64,000 nucleotides of DNA from Isurus oxyrinchus (taxonomy: Eukaryota), in contig JANJGN010000041.1 in assembly GCA_026770705.1 (NCBI GenBank), forward strand, positions 4,588,001-4,652,000. Direction: 5' to 3'. The position numbers were made by a program, and so were the translations under genes. This document shows positions 48,366 through 62,600 of this stretch, piece after piece. Positions within the stretch are counted from its first letter, which is position 1. Each line of letters begins with the position of its first letter. A model generated the notes under the pieces. It did not search any database and was not told the DNA's origin. It saw only the letters and a program-made list of their open reading frames with translations.

Positions 48366-50066
48366 GAACGGAGCTTATCCTCAGGAATTTACTATATTTC
48401 TCAAGATTGGATATCGTTAGCTGATCGGATCAATGGTGTTCTTGCGGTGATTAATTATGGTTACTATCCCATCCTATCTATTGTTGGTGTTTCAGGTAAG
48501 ATGCTCTATTCAGCAATCCTTTCCCTAAACCACAAAACTGCATTACCATTAGTGTCTTTAACATTTATGCAACACTGCAGCCACGTTCGACTGTTACCAT
48601 CATAGAGTTTGTTCCATATCCAGATTCTACACTCCCCTCCGGCGCAAATGTCTGATCCTGAACCAAACAGTCACCCAAGCTGCATTTAATACTGATCTGA
48701 TTTCTGAGCCCAGATCATCTTCATTCTAAATTTTGTCTGCTATCGGTTCCTTTACACCAGCCACCATCACCTCTGCCTCAGCCCAACAATAGTTACACTT
48801 GGCTTTGCCTTTGATAAGGACAGACTCGACTAATCAAATGTTAATTTAAAAACAAAAAAAAAACTGCAGATAACACGCCGGTTATTCACTGGCTCCTCGT
48901 TCAACCCCTTATCTACTCAAAATTCTGGCTCCCCCACCATTCCTGTCTCGCCTGCCCCTGCACCACAGCTCCTGTGTTATTCAATCTGTCCTCCCTTCCA
49001 CAGTGACACAGACCTTCATCTTTCTTCTTTCTGGACCATTGATTTCAATATATTAGAGGAGGCTTTAAAACATCTCAACAGAACCTCGATTTTGCTGGCA
49101 ACTTTGATAACAGTGTGATGTATAATCTTATCGTTTATTTCCATGCTTTGCAGTGAACCTAGTGGCAATTATAGTACTCCAGTGCAAGAGTTGTGGTCTC
49201 TCCGATCGTGTTACCCGTTATCTGGTTGCCATGGCAGTGTCTGATCTACTGATCATTATCCTGGACCTGAACTTGAGGCACATTCCAATTGTGTTTGACA
49301 AATATTTTGTTTTCATGAAATCAATCCCTGTGTGTAATATTCATGCCGTCCTGCTTTATGCAACCACTGACTGTTCTGTCTGGTTTACTGTTGCTTTGAT
49401 CGATTTGTGTCTATTTGTTGCCCAAAGCTGAAAAGGAAATATTGCAGGGAAAAAATGGCAGCTGTGGTTCTGGGCGCCGTGAGTGTGCTGAGCTGTTCAA
49501 AGGACATTTTCTGGTATTTTGTGCTCACAGGTCAGTATCGGCTCATTAACTTCCCCTGGTTTTGTGGTTATACAAATGAATTTCTGTTTTCACCATTCTG
49601 GAGAATTATCGATTTCACCCATCACATTGTAACACCGTGCATCCCATTTGTGCTGATTGTGCTACTCAATATTTTGACCGTCAGGTTCATTTTAGTGGCC
49701 AGCAGGTGCCGCCAGAGACTCCAAGATCGGAGCAGAGGGAAGTGTCCCAGAGACCCAGAGATGGAGAGTCGAAAGAAATCGATCATTTTACTGTTTGTGA
49801 TCTCAACCAATTTCATACTGCTTTGGGCATTGTTAAAGTTTTTTTCTATATGGATCCGGATGTATGATCTTGGCTATAATTCTCTGTATCTACATTATTT
49901 TGTTCTGGACTTGGGTTACATGCTGCAGCTCCTGAATTGCTGCACAAACACTCGGATTTACGCTTGGACCCAGACTAAGTTCAGGGAACAGTTGTGGAGT
50001 ATGTTAAAATATCCCTTTACTCAAATTCTTCAATTAGTTCAATTATTCGGTCGTCCGAATCACTAG
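48195..50066 (+). pseudogene. GPR139-like: class A GPCR, GPR139/GPR142-like shark-expanded family; two exons (to 48495; 49154-50066), frameshifted
   Basis: TM1 YYPILSIVGVS|VNLVAIIVL is split by a phase-1 GT-AG intron (48496-49153). Motifs: TRYLVAMAVSDLL (TM2), TDCSVWFTVA (TM3), DRF..ICC, PFVLIVLLNILTVR (TM5), DPEMESRKKSIILL (TM6), MLQLLNCCTNTRIY (TM7). Frameshift at about 49396-49400 just before DRF (GCT TT GAT CGA TTT). Upstream start ATG>ATA at 48195 and in-frame TAA at 48303. Confidence 0.88.
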
Positions 50067-50699
50067 AATTCCCAGAATTATTCCATTTAATTTCTCATCT
50101 CCAGCACTGGCATGGGTCTGTAACTGAAGGGCATGAAACACTTCAAGTTTCATGATTTTTCACATTGAATTTCGCTTTCCAACGGGCGAAGGGCAATTTC
50201 AACTGGGGGGAATGTATCTCTAGAATATTATGGAATTTTCACGTACAATTTCACATTTCCAATGGGGGCAGGTGTATGTTACAAGGCACAAGTTCAAAAC
50301 AGGCAATGCTCTCAGTCATATCCTTTCCAGAAACAGAGTAGGAGCTCTCAGCATGTGGAAACGTTATTTTTGTCATCCAGTAATTACAGTGTAAGTACAC
50401 GTGTTTGCTCAATTGCTCTGTTGCCCCTCTGGTCATTTAGCTGAGGACATGTGTCTCATTGGAACAGGCAGCTTTCTCAGTGTCCAAAGTGCACTTATAT
50501 CCTCTACAATAAAAAGGTCTCTTCCCAAGAAAGTATCCAAATAATTCAATTTGCTTCCAGTTTTCAAAAAAAGAAATGTATCTAGTAGTTACATACAACT
50601 AAGAATTGGGAAAGAGGAAATGTAACCACAGTTTGAAGAAAAATATGAAGAGTGACTTTTCTCTGTGGAGCTGTTAGCGTAACACCAGTATCAGCAGAA

Positions 50700-51545
50700 A
50701 TGCTGGAATCTATTATAAATTGCGTTGTAACTGATCGTTTTGAAAATAGTTGTAGGATTGGGCAGGGTGAGATTGGGAAAATTGTGTGATTTTATCCACT
50801 TCGGTCAGAAAATCAGAAATGCAGAGTAATTACTGCTAAATAGTCATTGTTGATGAGGATGTTGACTTGCATATGCTTGTTCATCAGTCACGGATAAACT
50901 ATGAGGTAAAGCAAGCAATTAGAATTGCAACGGATATCTTGGCTTTCCTTGCAAGTGGTTTTGATTGCAGGAGTAATTATGGCCTGCAGAATTTGCATTA
51001 AACGTTAGTGAGATAACAGCATGAAGATTTTGCGCAGATTTAGCCACTTGAATTGAGGAAGCATATATGTGCCATCGAGGGGTGCCAGGAAAGTTCTCCA
51101 GGCTGACCTCGTATGGTACGAGTTAAAGGAGACTGGGTCTGTGCCCTCGAGAGTTTAGAAGTATGATAGATTATCTTATTCAAGCATATAAGATTCTTAA
51201 ATTTCTCAGCCAATCAGGTACACAAAGGTTCTAACCCCAGTCTAGGTTTTCAAGATTAAGGGCAAATCCTCAGAATATGAGGTCAAACATTTTGCACAGG
51301 GTTGCAGAGCTATGCCGTCAATTATACTGTGGTGCACCTCTTGAATTCGCTAACCCAGAGGGCTTTGAAAGCTGAGTCATTGAGCATTTCTTAAAACAAG
51401 AACTGATAAATGTGCTGGTATTATAGTATGCAAGGGTTGCTGATGGCACTGGGCAATGGTGGTGAGGTAGAAGATGCCCCATTATCTAACTTAATTTTGG
51501 AGCAGATTCAAAGGGCCGAATGACCTGCTACTCTTGTATCCTAAG
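50700..51545 (+). mobile_element. CR1 LINE 3' fragment
   Basis: Degenerate ORF2 C-terminus ending in aagggccgaatgacctgctactcttgtatcctaagt. Confidence 0.7.
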
Positions 51546-54500
51546 TCCCATTGCTCTTTGCTGCATGAGGAATCTCATTCAGTGATTTATTTTTATCAAT
51601 GCAGCATTCTAATATTGCAGAATATTGACGGGCGCTGTTCGAAGTCGTTTATTAACAAATAAGTTAGCAGAATGTCGAAATATTCACCTCAGGTACACTC
51701 AGGCCAACATTATTCGAACAGTGAACACAGCAAAAGAAAATATTCTGTAGGCAATATAGGGAAACAGCAATTAACAGGATGGATCCAATTGTGTTTATGG
51801 CCTGCAGAGACACCATCGGTCAACAGGTGGCCTTCTATGTTCAAATATCCAAATGAAAGAGTGTTCTAAATAGATTGACTGGCTGCAGATAAACTGTCTT
51901 ACCTATGACTCTATGGGAACTAAAAGGTATTGAGTATCTGAGTAACAATGAAGGATAAATCTGGAATGAATTGCAATGGAATGAATCAAATTCTTAGAAT
52001 GATTCTATACCACTATATTCACCAGTGATCTTTTAGAACTTTGTTATGTAACGGAAAGCTCCATCATATCGCATATGTGCCTATACCTACACAATATTAT
52101 TCCCGTGCTTATGTTCAGTAAATGCTTCATGGTTTTACGCTATTACCACTTGGGTCTGTCTGTATGGATGGACGAGTCAGCTTTCAATGATATGTTGATA
52201 TTTCCCAGGTCTAATTTACACGTGGCATGTGAACCCGTTAATTTTTGAATGGCATTCTGAAGCAAACTCGTTCAACGCACCCTCTGCATTCCTATGAGTC
52301 CACAGAGACTCTGTCCAGGGTTTGTTACAGTTCAGTTCCTTTTCCCTTTTTGCAATTTTGAAATGCCTTCTAAATGCATAGTTCAGTTAATACATGTTGC
52401 AGACTTTCACTATCTGCGCAACTCTTCACATGTTGTAAATCTCCCCTGACCATTGTAGAGGCCGTTTTAGCCCATCTTCACAATGCTGGGAACGATCCAT
52501 GAGATTCTTAACCCTCCTTCTCGAACGCAAAACCCCTAACACCAGCCTTACGAAATGCAAACAAACACACAAATACATGGACACATGCACACACTTACAT
52601 ACACACAACTCCAAGGTATTACAATGATAGAGTCCATATTCTCCATCAGAGATGAGGCTGTGTTGCTTGCCTGTGACAATGACGGTGATACAATATAAGA
52701 CCGTTCCTAGCCCACAACATGTTTCTAGTCAGAATTCCCTGACACAGGTGAGGGACACAGCTATCAGCGTTGGCAGCCATGAGGGTCGTGGCGAGGTATT
52801 TGAATAACCCCTTTGACATTAGCAGCTGAAAGATCTCCCCTTGAGGTCCAGCTAGGCTGCAGTGTATCACTGATTGTCCCTCTTGCTGCAATTCATTCAT
52901 GGGATGTGGGAACCTTGTAAAAATTTCTAAGGGTTAGTTGTTGTTGTGATCCTAGCTGATGTTTTCACTTGACAAGTCAGATTGCAGAATGGAACATGGA
53001 TTGATAGGCCATTTGTTATCTTTGTTAACCTTCCAGTTTACTAACTGAAATAGGTTCTGGTTTATGCTGTGTTATTTTTGAAACAAAAGATAAAATGTTT
53101 ACTAAACAGTAAGCATTGAACATATTGCATGAGGAATCAAAGAGTTTGGAAATATTTGAACACAGGCACCAAGAAGTAACTGGCTCAAAATCAGGATATC
53201 CATTTTAACATTACTGCAGTTACGGCCGTAGACTCCATTGAAGAGATGCCATTATTTCCACATCCAGCGTAAAACCGGCTCAGTTGAAAAGATGGCTCTT
53301 TCCCAGTTGACTTCTGAATAATCACTAGAAGATATTCGACAGTTGGTCTCCCCTTTGGGATGTCTATAAACTAAGTCCAAATCCAGTATTGTTCTAAATT
53401 TAGAGCAATGCATATGAGTTCCTTAACAATCTGGCATGATTTCCCGGAAGACTGAGTCTGAGACATTTTTCCTGTGTTGACTTTGTTGTATCCACATTGC
53501 AATTAACTAAAACAGTTCCTCCCAGTGTCCCAATGCCTCTGTGGGTCTCTCTCCGAACCCCTGTTGCTACAATGCAGCACAGTTTATTTTTCTCTTACAT
53601 TTGCTAAATTACAAACCATTTGTCACTGAGATATTCGCTTCAAGAAATATAAACACTTATTATAAATGCATGTATGCAAACAGGGCCAGAAGACTGCCAC
53701 CTCAGCCTCACGTAATCTTAAAATGAAATCAGACGTAGTTATCACCCTTTTTTAATAAACACATATTAAAAAGATTATAAATTAAACTGAACTTTATATC
53801 CTGTTCCTAACACCCAAAAATAAAAGCAAAACTCACTTAAAACGATACTTGTTCCAAACATTAATTTTCATCAAATCCGAAAGTTCGATTTTTTATTATT
53901 TAACAATGAGCCCTCGGTTATGCTTGACGTAACAAATATCAATGACTCATATTGATGAGTTTGGTAGAATTCCTTAAGTGTGATGTTAAACCTACCTAAC
54001 AGAAATCAGTGAAGGAAGCATGGAAATCTCCTATCATTCAACAGCCTCAGATTCCTTCAATGCTGACAGCAAAATGAAGTCTCCCCTCCTCTGTTTCATA
54101 AGGGGCGTTCAACTCCTTCTCTGAAGAACGACAGTGCTGACGCTGTCAAATTCTGTCTATAATACATCAGAAACTCCAAATTGCATTGCTATTTTTATTT
54201 CCATTTTTGTATCTTAGTTGGAAATAGTCCAAATGACCTATTTCCACTGCTTGCAGATGATGGTCATCACGTGAGCACCACTTTTGCGATTGCTCGCATC
54301 TGAGATAGAGTCTGAAAACAATGGATATTACTTACTCAGTACTCAAAAGATTACATTCTATTTTGAACAAATGATCTATTACTTTAGATACGGATTACAT
54401 GTGCAAATGCAATCCAAATCTGCATATCATAAACACAAAATGTCTTTAACAACTGGCATAAACATTCTACGCCAATTCCATGCAGCCTAAACCAATTCTC

Positions 54501-54959
54501 ATCAAATATTGACAAAGATCCCAAACAAAATTTGAGGAAAGGAATTGATTCCTCTCAAAATGCAGTTGTTCAGTCATACAGATGTGGAAAATAAATTGTA
54601 AGCAGTTAGTCATCCATAACCGAATAATAAATTTTGTTTTTAGTGGCCGTTAGGGATTTACAATAAGTTCAAACAGCTGAGTTGAACATCTGGTTTTATT
54701 CTTCTCTCAAATAATAAAAATAAATTACAACCACTTTATAACGGGTCCCTTGGCACCTTTTAAGAAATTTGGAACGGTTTCTTGGAAGTAGCTACTTTCC
54801 TGTTCTCAGATGGCCTAAGTGATTTACAGTCTCAATGGGAGAAATTCAACCTTGAATTATTTAAAAGGTGCTTCAGATAAAATCCATCAATATTAGTTGA
54901 AACAAAATGCAAAGCACCTAAGAATTTAATATTAAAATTAAATCCATATAAATGAGACT

Positions 54960-57330
54960 GAAGCTTCAAGCTATTCTCCAGGAGCGGTCTCAGCAAGGCT
55001 CTATGCAATTCCAGGAGAGTTCTCTATTCCATTGCACAAATCCGCCTGTGAAAACATCTAATATATCATTTGCTTCCTGGTTTCTTGCTGCAGCTGCATT
55101 TTAGCTTTCAATGACTGAAAAACAACAACGCCCAGGTCAAATTGTGCATCAGCAGGTCCTAATATATCCTCGTTTAAGAAATATGCTGCATTCTGATAGC
55201 TACCAATTTGGATAACTTCTCATTTTCCATATTATATTTCGTCTTCCATGCTCTTACCATCTTACATCGGGTGCATTAGACCCTTTAAGGCTCTTTGCAT
55301 CATCCACACAACTTACAACTTGTGTCTTCTGCAAACTTCGAAATGTCAAGTGCAGTTCCCACATTCAATTCACTGATGCGCATTATGAATGGCAGGGGAT
55401 ACAGGAACTGCTCCTTGCACCACGCCACTAGCCACATCCAGCCAACCAGAGAATGGCACGTTTCCTCCTTACTATCCGTTTTTTGTTCCTTAACCAATTC
55501 TCCATTTTTCAATATAGGCCAGTATATTACCCCAATCACGAGATATCCAATGTTGCATCATAGACTCTTGCATGGAACTATGTCAAAAACATTTTGAAAA
55601 TCCGAATGCACCACATCGAATATTCTCTCTTTCTATTCTGATATTTCAATTCTTACAGAAAATCTCTAACACGTTTGTCAAATACTATTTACCTATAATA
55701 CATCCATGGAACCTCTTCCCAATCCAGATCCATTTACTAACTGTCCAGCTGAAATGTATTTTCCCATATATTCTAAGTTTTTCCATACCACTGATGTCAG
55801 GCAAAACGGTCTGCAGTTCCCCATTTTCTTCGCCCCTCCTTCTAGGGTTACATTTCTTGACCTTCAGAATTGCTGGAGCCATTGCAGAGCCCATGGTATT
55901 TGGCAAGAATAACTCCACTGCAACTATTATATCTACGGCCACCTCTTTCAACACTCTGGCATGTTGGTCATCAGGTCCTGGGAATTTCTTAACCTTTAGC
56001 CCCACTGCTTTCTTAAGTTTTGCTCTTTGGACGCATTCTGGTTACAGGTGCTTATTCTCACAAGTCCCTTGTCCTCTGGTAGTTCTGGGAATTTATTTTT
56101 CTTTACACCTTCCTCCGTAAAGGGAGAAAAAAATAACGTGCTAATTTTCCCTTCTATTTCCTTTCTCTCCGTCTGAAATTCTCCTTGTATTTCCTATAAT
56201 AGACCAATATTTTTTCGCTGCTAGTACTTTAATTTTCTAAGTAAGTATCGAAGTGTATTCATTGTTCTCGCCAACGTAGCTACAATTTTGGTTTTCTCTT
56301 CCTTATCAATGTTTATTTTTTATGTCATTAATTCTCCTTTGCTGAATTCTAAAAGCCTTCTGCTCCTCAGAGTTTTTACTTATTTCTCCACTTTATACAC
56401 CTCCACCTTTTATGTAAAAAAAAAAAATATCATATCTTTTTAGGTGTAATAGATTTCCTGTTCTGTTTTCCTGTGCCCCAAATGCATGTTCAATTGTAGT
56501 AAACAATTTATTCACTCTTTAAATCTACGCTATTACATGGTTAATTTCATCCAATTTTTGTAACTCCCATATGCCACAACCAATTTCCCCTTATATCTTA
56601 GTAGTTGCCTTTGCTTAGATTAAAGACCCTAATTTCAGATTTAAATGCCTCACTTTACAACTAAATATAACATTAGATTTTATTATGGTCACGCCCCCTT
56701 AATGGCCCATTTATAATCAGATAATTAATTTGCTCTTTCTCAATGCAAAGTAGTAGATGTGAACTCTCTGTTCCATAGTTGGTTCCACAAAGCGATGTCC
56801 CAAAATTGCTGATGGATACTACAAGATGAATGCTTTTGTGGCATGGTTAAACAGTAGCATTCTTTTCCCAGTATGTCCGTATGTTGACCTATCTCATGAT
56901 GACTGCATTTTGTTGTTATGTCCATCTTAACTTTCCTTATTAACACTGCACCCTCCATTAGCAGTACTCTTTGTTGCCACCAAGTCCGATCATGCTTGCT
57001 GCCCCTTTCTTTTTCTCAGCTGCACCCAATGTGTTTCTGCCTCCTGATCTTAAGTTCTAAGAACCGCTCATTATTATTCCTCATCCATTATTAACAGCGC
57101 TACCCCAACTCCTTATACTTTTGTCCATCCAAACAAAATGTCGAAAACCCTTGAGCAATCAGGGCCGAGTCGTGGTTGCCTGCGTCTATATATCTGAAAA
57201 GACAAATAAAAATATCATACCAGTTTACTTCTATGTGTGTTATCATTAATTTACCTCATTGGGAATGTTGTTTGCATTCATATAGAGTACATTTAATGAT
57301 GTATGTCCAGAAGCTATTGCCGTATCTGCT
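54960..57330 (-). mobile_element. degenerate CR1 LINE ORF2 (endonuclease start to RT)
   Basis: LNVLYMNANNIPNEVN (endonuclease N-terminus), LKVKKFPGPDDQHARVLKEVA and ISKFAEDT (FADD site) in order on the minus strand. Confidence 0.85.
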
Positions 57331-57399
57331 CGTGCACTCTTAGTTCTGTGCACCCTGACCCTCCCTGCGGCATTCAGATTGTTATTTTCCTTATTGCAA

Positions 57400-59260
57400 G
57401 TGTGAGATATTTTTAACCGAACCAATACTGACATTCGAAACATTAAATATTTAAAAGCTCACTATTTGAGCCAATCAAAAAATTACATTACATGAGGTAA
57501 AAAATAACGGACTTCCATGAAACATTTAAAATCCGACATTTCTAAAACATTATTTAACTGACATCCCTTAAAAATAAATTTATGTGATTTGTTTTAAGTA
57601 TTCGTTAACTGACATTTCATAAATGTGGTGCAACAAAAATTTTTGAAACACAATGTGGCCGATGTTTCTGAAATATTTTTTGATTGGCATTTTCCAAATT
57701 ATGATACATTTGTCTATTTTCGAAAGACTCTGGGCCTTACTTTTGAAAATTAAGATATAATTGCCTTTTTAAAACAAATAAGTAACTGATATTTTAATCA
57801 GTTTTCAACTGACATTTTCAAAAATGCTATATTGCTGTTATTTTTCTCCAAAACTCTATAGCTCATTTTTTTAGCAAACAATCTATAACTGTTTCTTTTA
57901 AATAATCTAAAATTGTCATTTTTGGAAATAATAAGAAATTCCTGTACCATTAAATAACCGAAATTACTGAAAGATTAAATGACTGACATGCTCCAACTGA
58001 AATTTTTGAAGCATTGTAACAGTGACCTTTATGCAAACATTCGGAAACTGATATTATTTGAACCATTCTGTTTCTGTCATTTCTTTCATTTAAATTATAA
58101 ATGACATTTTGGAAAAGCTGTGCAACATAAATTTTTGAAACATTATGTATCTGACTTTTATTTTAATTTAAGGAAATTACATTTTTGAACCATCTGTTAA
58201 TTAGATCTTTGAAAAAGTTAGTAACTGATTTTTTCTGAAACACTAAATAATTGACATTTTTGAAGCAACATATTAGGCATTATATGAAGCGAACTACACT
58301 GAGATTTTTGTGACATTTTGTAACTTATATTTTTGATACATTGTCTGAAATTCTTTGAAGCACTCCGTGACTGATATTTTCTGAAAGCGTCTCAAGCTGA
58401 CCTTTCTTTAAACAATGGACAATTGAGGCTTTTTGCAACATTTGAAAACTGATTTTTTTTAATACATGCTGCAACTGATATGTTTTCAAACAAGCTACAA
58501 AAGACTTTCATGAAAGCTGCACAGCAGACATTATAGAAACATTAAATAACTGACTTTCATAACATTCAATTAATGGATGTTTGTGGAAAAAAGCACTTAT
58601 ATTGATATTTTCTGAATCAAGCAATTGCTGACTTAGAAATAATACTCCACCAGTGATATTTCTTGAAATGTCCATTTCCTTGCACTTCTGGCATCTTCTA
58701 AGGCAGACTTGTTTCAAAAACACTGTAAGTGACATTTTTGCAACATTCACTAAATGACATTATGAAATATTGTCTAAGCTGAGCTATTTTATACATTCTC
58801 TGACATTTTTGAAACTCTCAATTAGTGGGCGTTCTTTGAAAGACTCTATAACAGATATTTTTTGCTTCTAAATACTTTGGAATGCACTGCATGAGACTGA
58901 GGTGGAGGCAGGTACAATCGCTGGAATCATAGTGTTTTAGATGATTAATTGAATCCAATCAATGTGCAGGGGTACAGCAAAAGGCAGGGCAGATGAACGA
59001 GGTCATAATGCTGATTTTGAGAGTTGGAGCAGAAACGCAGGAACAAATGGCCTCTTTCTGTCTCATAAACATTCTGTGTTGCAATAATTGACATTTATAT
59101 TAAGCATTCTAAAACTGACATTGTTTGAAACTTTAAATAACGGATATTTTTAAATTTGTACACCCAATTTTTTTAAAGAAATTTTAACTGACATTTTTAC
59201 AACCTTAAATAACTGACATTTTTAAAACAAGCTTTAAATGAAATTTTTGGACTGCTAATT
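57400..59260. repeat. old AT-rich tandem repeat, period about 31-35 bp (aactgacatttttgaaacatt...)
   Basis: Recurring aactgaca/ttttgaaaca core throughout. Confidence 0.7.
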
Positions 59261-60337
59261 TATCTAAGTTATTTTCCTTCCAGTGATGACATCAAATATG
59301 GAATCATCATTCAGAGAAATAGTCTGTTTGTCTTTCTAGATTATTAAAATCAATATCCAAATAATGTCAGTCGAAGTTTTCAGTTGTTAAGCCACATCCT
59401 GAATTAGAACCTGGCTTGATAGACCCTAACATTCTTTAAACAGTGACGGAAAGTGACTGAACACATTCACAAGAGTCTACTGATACTCTTTGAATGCATT
59501 GACAAAATTACTTATTTGACAAAATAAAATAGACCAGACAAAAAAATTGAAAAATCACAATATGCAGCAGAGGAACATGATTCAAATATACAATCTTCCG
59601 AGTATGGGCAACAGCTTTAAACACACATACAGATTATGAATGATTTTAAATAAATCACAGAATCACACAGGGCATAAGAGGCCATTCGGCCCATTAATTC
59701 TAAGTTCAATCATGAGAAACACCTGACCTAACTACCTAATCCCATTTACCAGCACTTGGCCAATCGCCTTGAAAGTCATAATCCTAATATTCTTGCTAAG
59801 TATGAGTTTTATGTGAATTGGTAGGCGAAATATGATCAGGCACACTGAAGTAATTTATTTAGCTTTTCTGCAGACTTTTGGTTTTGGAAATATTCTGGCT
59901 GAACAATATGTTCCTGCGTGATTAAGGGGTTGTGACTGCTGGTCCCAGGTCAGAGCGCAGCGATAAAGCATCAATTTCTGCGAGTTAGCAGACCGGGCAG
60001 TTTCCAGACCGTCATCCCGTTCAATGAGTGCTGCAGCTTGGGTTGTCCTTTCTGGGAGGCTGCAGGCGGCAACCCAGAAGGAGGGGTGGTATCTTAAGGC
60101 AAGTGGATTTTATGGTCGCACCGAACTTAATGGAGCTAAAAAGGGTCGGCGCATTTTTTGCCTCATGTCCTGCCACACCAGCCCCCCACCCAACCACGCA
60201 GTCCCGCCCCGTCATGGGGTCCTCAATTTCAGCCAAGCTCACGGTCAGCATATTAAAGACCCCCTCCCAAGGGACAGTTTTAGATGACCCATCAGGTGAC
60301 CAATCTCGTGGATTAATTGTGCAGAGAGAAGTTTGCA

Positions 60338-60690
60338 GGGAGGCGTTGGGTTATTATCACTGGAATAGTAATCCAGAAGACCAGGGTAATGTTCTGGGGA
60401 TCCGGGTTTTACAGATGGTGGACTCAGGCGCAGCAGACTGGAATTCGAATTCAATACAAATCTGGAATTGAAAGTCTGATGCTGACCTTGGAACCATTGT
60501 GGATTATTGCAGATATGCATCTGGTCATTAATGTCCTTTCGGAAGGGAAATAAAGCTGTCCTTAACTGGTCGGGCATCCATGTGATTCCAATGTATTTTA
60601 CTGTACACTGTCCTCTGAACAGCATCAATTAGGGATGGATAATAAATATTGACCTGGCCAGCGACGGCCAGATCCATTGAAGTAAAAGAA
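60338..60690 (+). mobile_element. tRNA-derived SINE sharing its 3' tail with the second LINE family
   Basis: A/B-box-like head (ggcgttgggttattatcactgg...gatccgggttt) and tail aattagggatggataataaatattgacctggccagcgacg. Confidence 0.7.
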
Positions 60691-61049
60691 AATCAGTCTG
60701 GCTCGGCAGCCCCTTTAAATTGCAGATATTATGTGCAAAGTGTGTTAGTACCTCATGGATGCGTCATGACTAGATCTCAGGCCCAATGCAACTTCGAAAA
60801 GAAGCGAAGAAGCCATAAAGGAGGGAAATAGCTTAGAAAGGCAATACTTATCCACTAATTTTTGAGAACTAAAGTAAAACGATGAAAGAGAATATAAATG
60901 ATATCTTCACCCCCATCTTCTTTAATCAAAATTCAACAGGCTCATACGAAGTTAAGAAAACTTTATCAAACAGCCCACTCGGAGACTGAATCAATACAAA
61001 ACACCTGAGTGTTGTTATTTAAAATACAATGTGCTAATGAGGAAATAGA

Positions 61050-62600
61050 TACCGCCTCAAATATCAGCCAATAAGCAATGGGTCTTTTTCATAAGCTTCC
61101 ATCTGGGTGTCATAATGTCATTTTACGAGTGGCTCACTGGTTTGCAATGGCACTTCATTTGGTTATTACAAAAACACAGGCCAGCGCACCGAAAATTTTA
61201 TGTATTTACCGTAATGCCAAGGCTAAAGTCTGCCAGACATGTCATACATGTCAGGTAGTGGGGAAATACCGATCATCAATTAAACATGCACCTTGGACAG
61301 CGGAAGAATGTATTTTGCCTTGCATGGTGTAAGGTACGTGGTGTATCACCCATAAAGTAGCATTCTTAGAGGTTTAATGCAGGGAAATTAGACCTAGTGA
61401 AGGAAGAGGTCAGGTTCATGATGGGAGATGGCATTATTAAAAGGAGTCACAGCGCATGGGGCACACTCCTTGTAATGGTACCAAAACCAGTTGTGATATA
61501 ATGATTGTTTACAGTCGATGGCAAATTAATACTGTCACATATGCTAATCAATTTCCAATTCCCCATTCCAAAACCGTATTGCGAATATTTGAAAAGCAAA
61601 TTTCATGACAGATATTGACTTTATTGAAGGAATATTGGCAATTTCTTTGACGGATATGGCCAAAGAAACATCAGATGTGCAAATAAATAATTTACTTTTT
61701 TCAACATTATGTCATGACATTCGGAATGAATAAAGCAGCAGACAAGTTTCAACGATTAACCAACAGGGTTATTGAAGGATTATTGAACTCTGCTGTATAT
61801 ATTTTGGAGTTTGTTGTGTTAAGCTAAGCTTGGGAGGAACATTTGCAACACTCGACTGAAGAGTTTCATCGGTTACAAAGAGACAATTTAGTCATTAATT
61901 TGCACGAAGTGAATTTGCCAAAGTGAAAGTGACTTTTTGGGCCACACTGTGGGGAAGGCAAAGTAATGTCCAAATAAGCAAAAACAGGGGCCAACCAGGA
62001 ATGACAGTGCTTACGACTAAATGAGAGATTTAGGGCTATCAACATCAGTGGATTTCATCAGAAGTTTTCTTCTCAATATAAGCATTGCAGTGGTTGCCCT
62101 AAAGAAAATATGCTAAAGAAAAACATTAAAGCTAAATGGACAAAGGATTGTCAAAGCGCTTTTGAAACATGAAAACTGTACTGACCAGTGCAACTGTTTT
62201 AGGGGCATCAACTTGTGTAAAGCCTTTTGATGTTAGTGAGTGTTGGCTCAGTTGTACCACAGGGCGGCGAAATGGGGATCGAACGGCCAACCAGTTACTT
62301 CGCTGGAAAGATAAATTATTGCCAGAGGTAATACCACGGTGTGAGAAGGATACTCTGAATTTAGTGCTGGCTATCAAACATTTATCGTATAGTTATGAAT
62401 ACATTCTGCAGATATGGTTTTGAATACTGACTGGGTTCCTTTATCCGTTCTGGCAAAGATTCAAAACAATGATCTGCGACTATTTTGGTGGGGTTCAATG
62501 ATCCCTTATAAATTAAAACTCAGCCATGTAGCGGGGAGTTACAATATAATAGCAAATGCTTTATCAAGCGCAAATATGGCAGGAGAACAATATTGTGAGT
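61050..62600 (+). mobile_element. degenerate Gmr1-like Gypsy pol, integrase Zn-finger upstream of RT-RNase H, copy 2
   Basis: ILRVAHWFAMALHLVITKT...CQTCHTCQVVGK (HHCC) at 61078-61270 precedes RT/RH remnants (VLTSATVL, EKDTLNLVLAIKH, HVAGSYNIIANALS). INT-before-RT order is characteristic of Gmr1-like elements. Confidence 0.8.
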
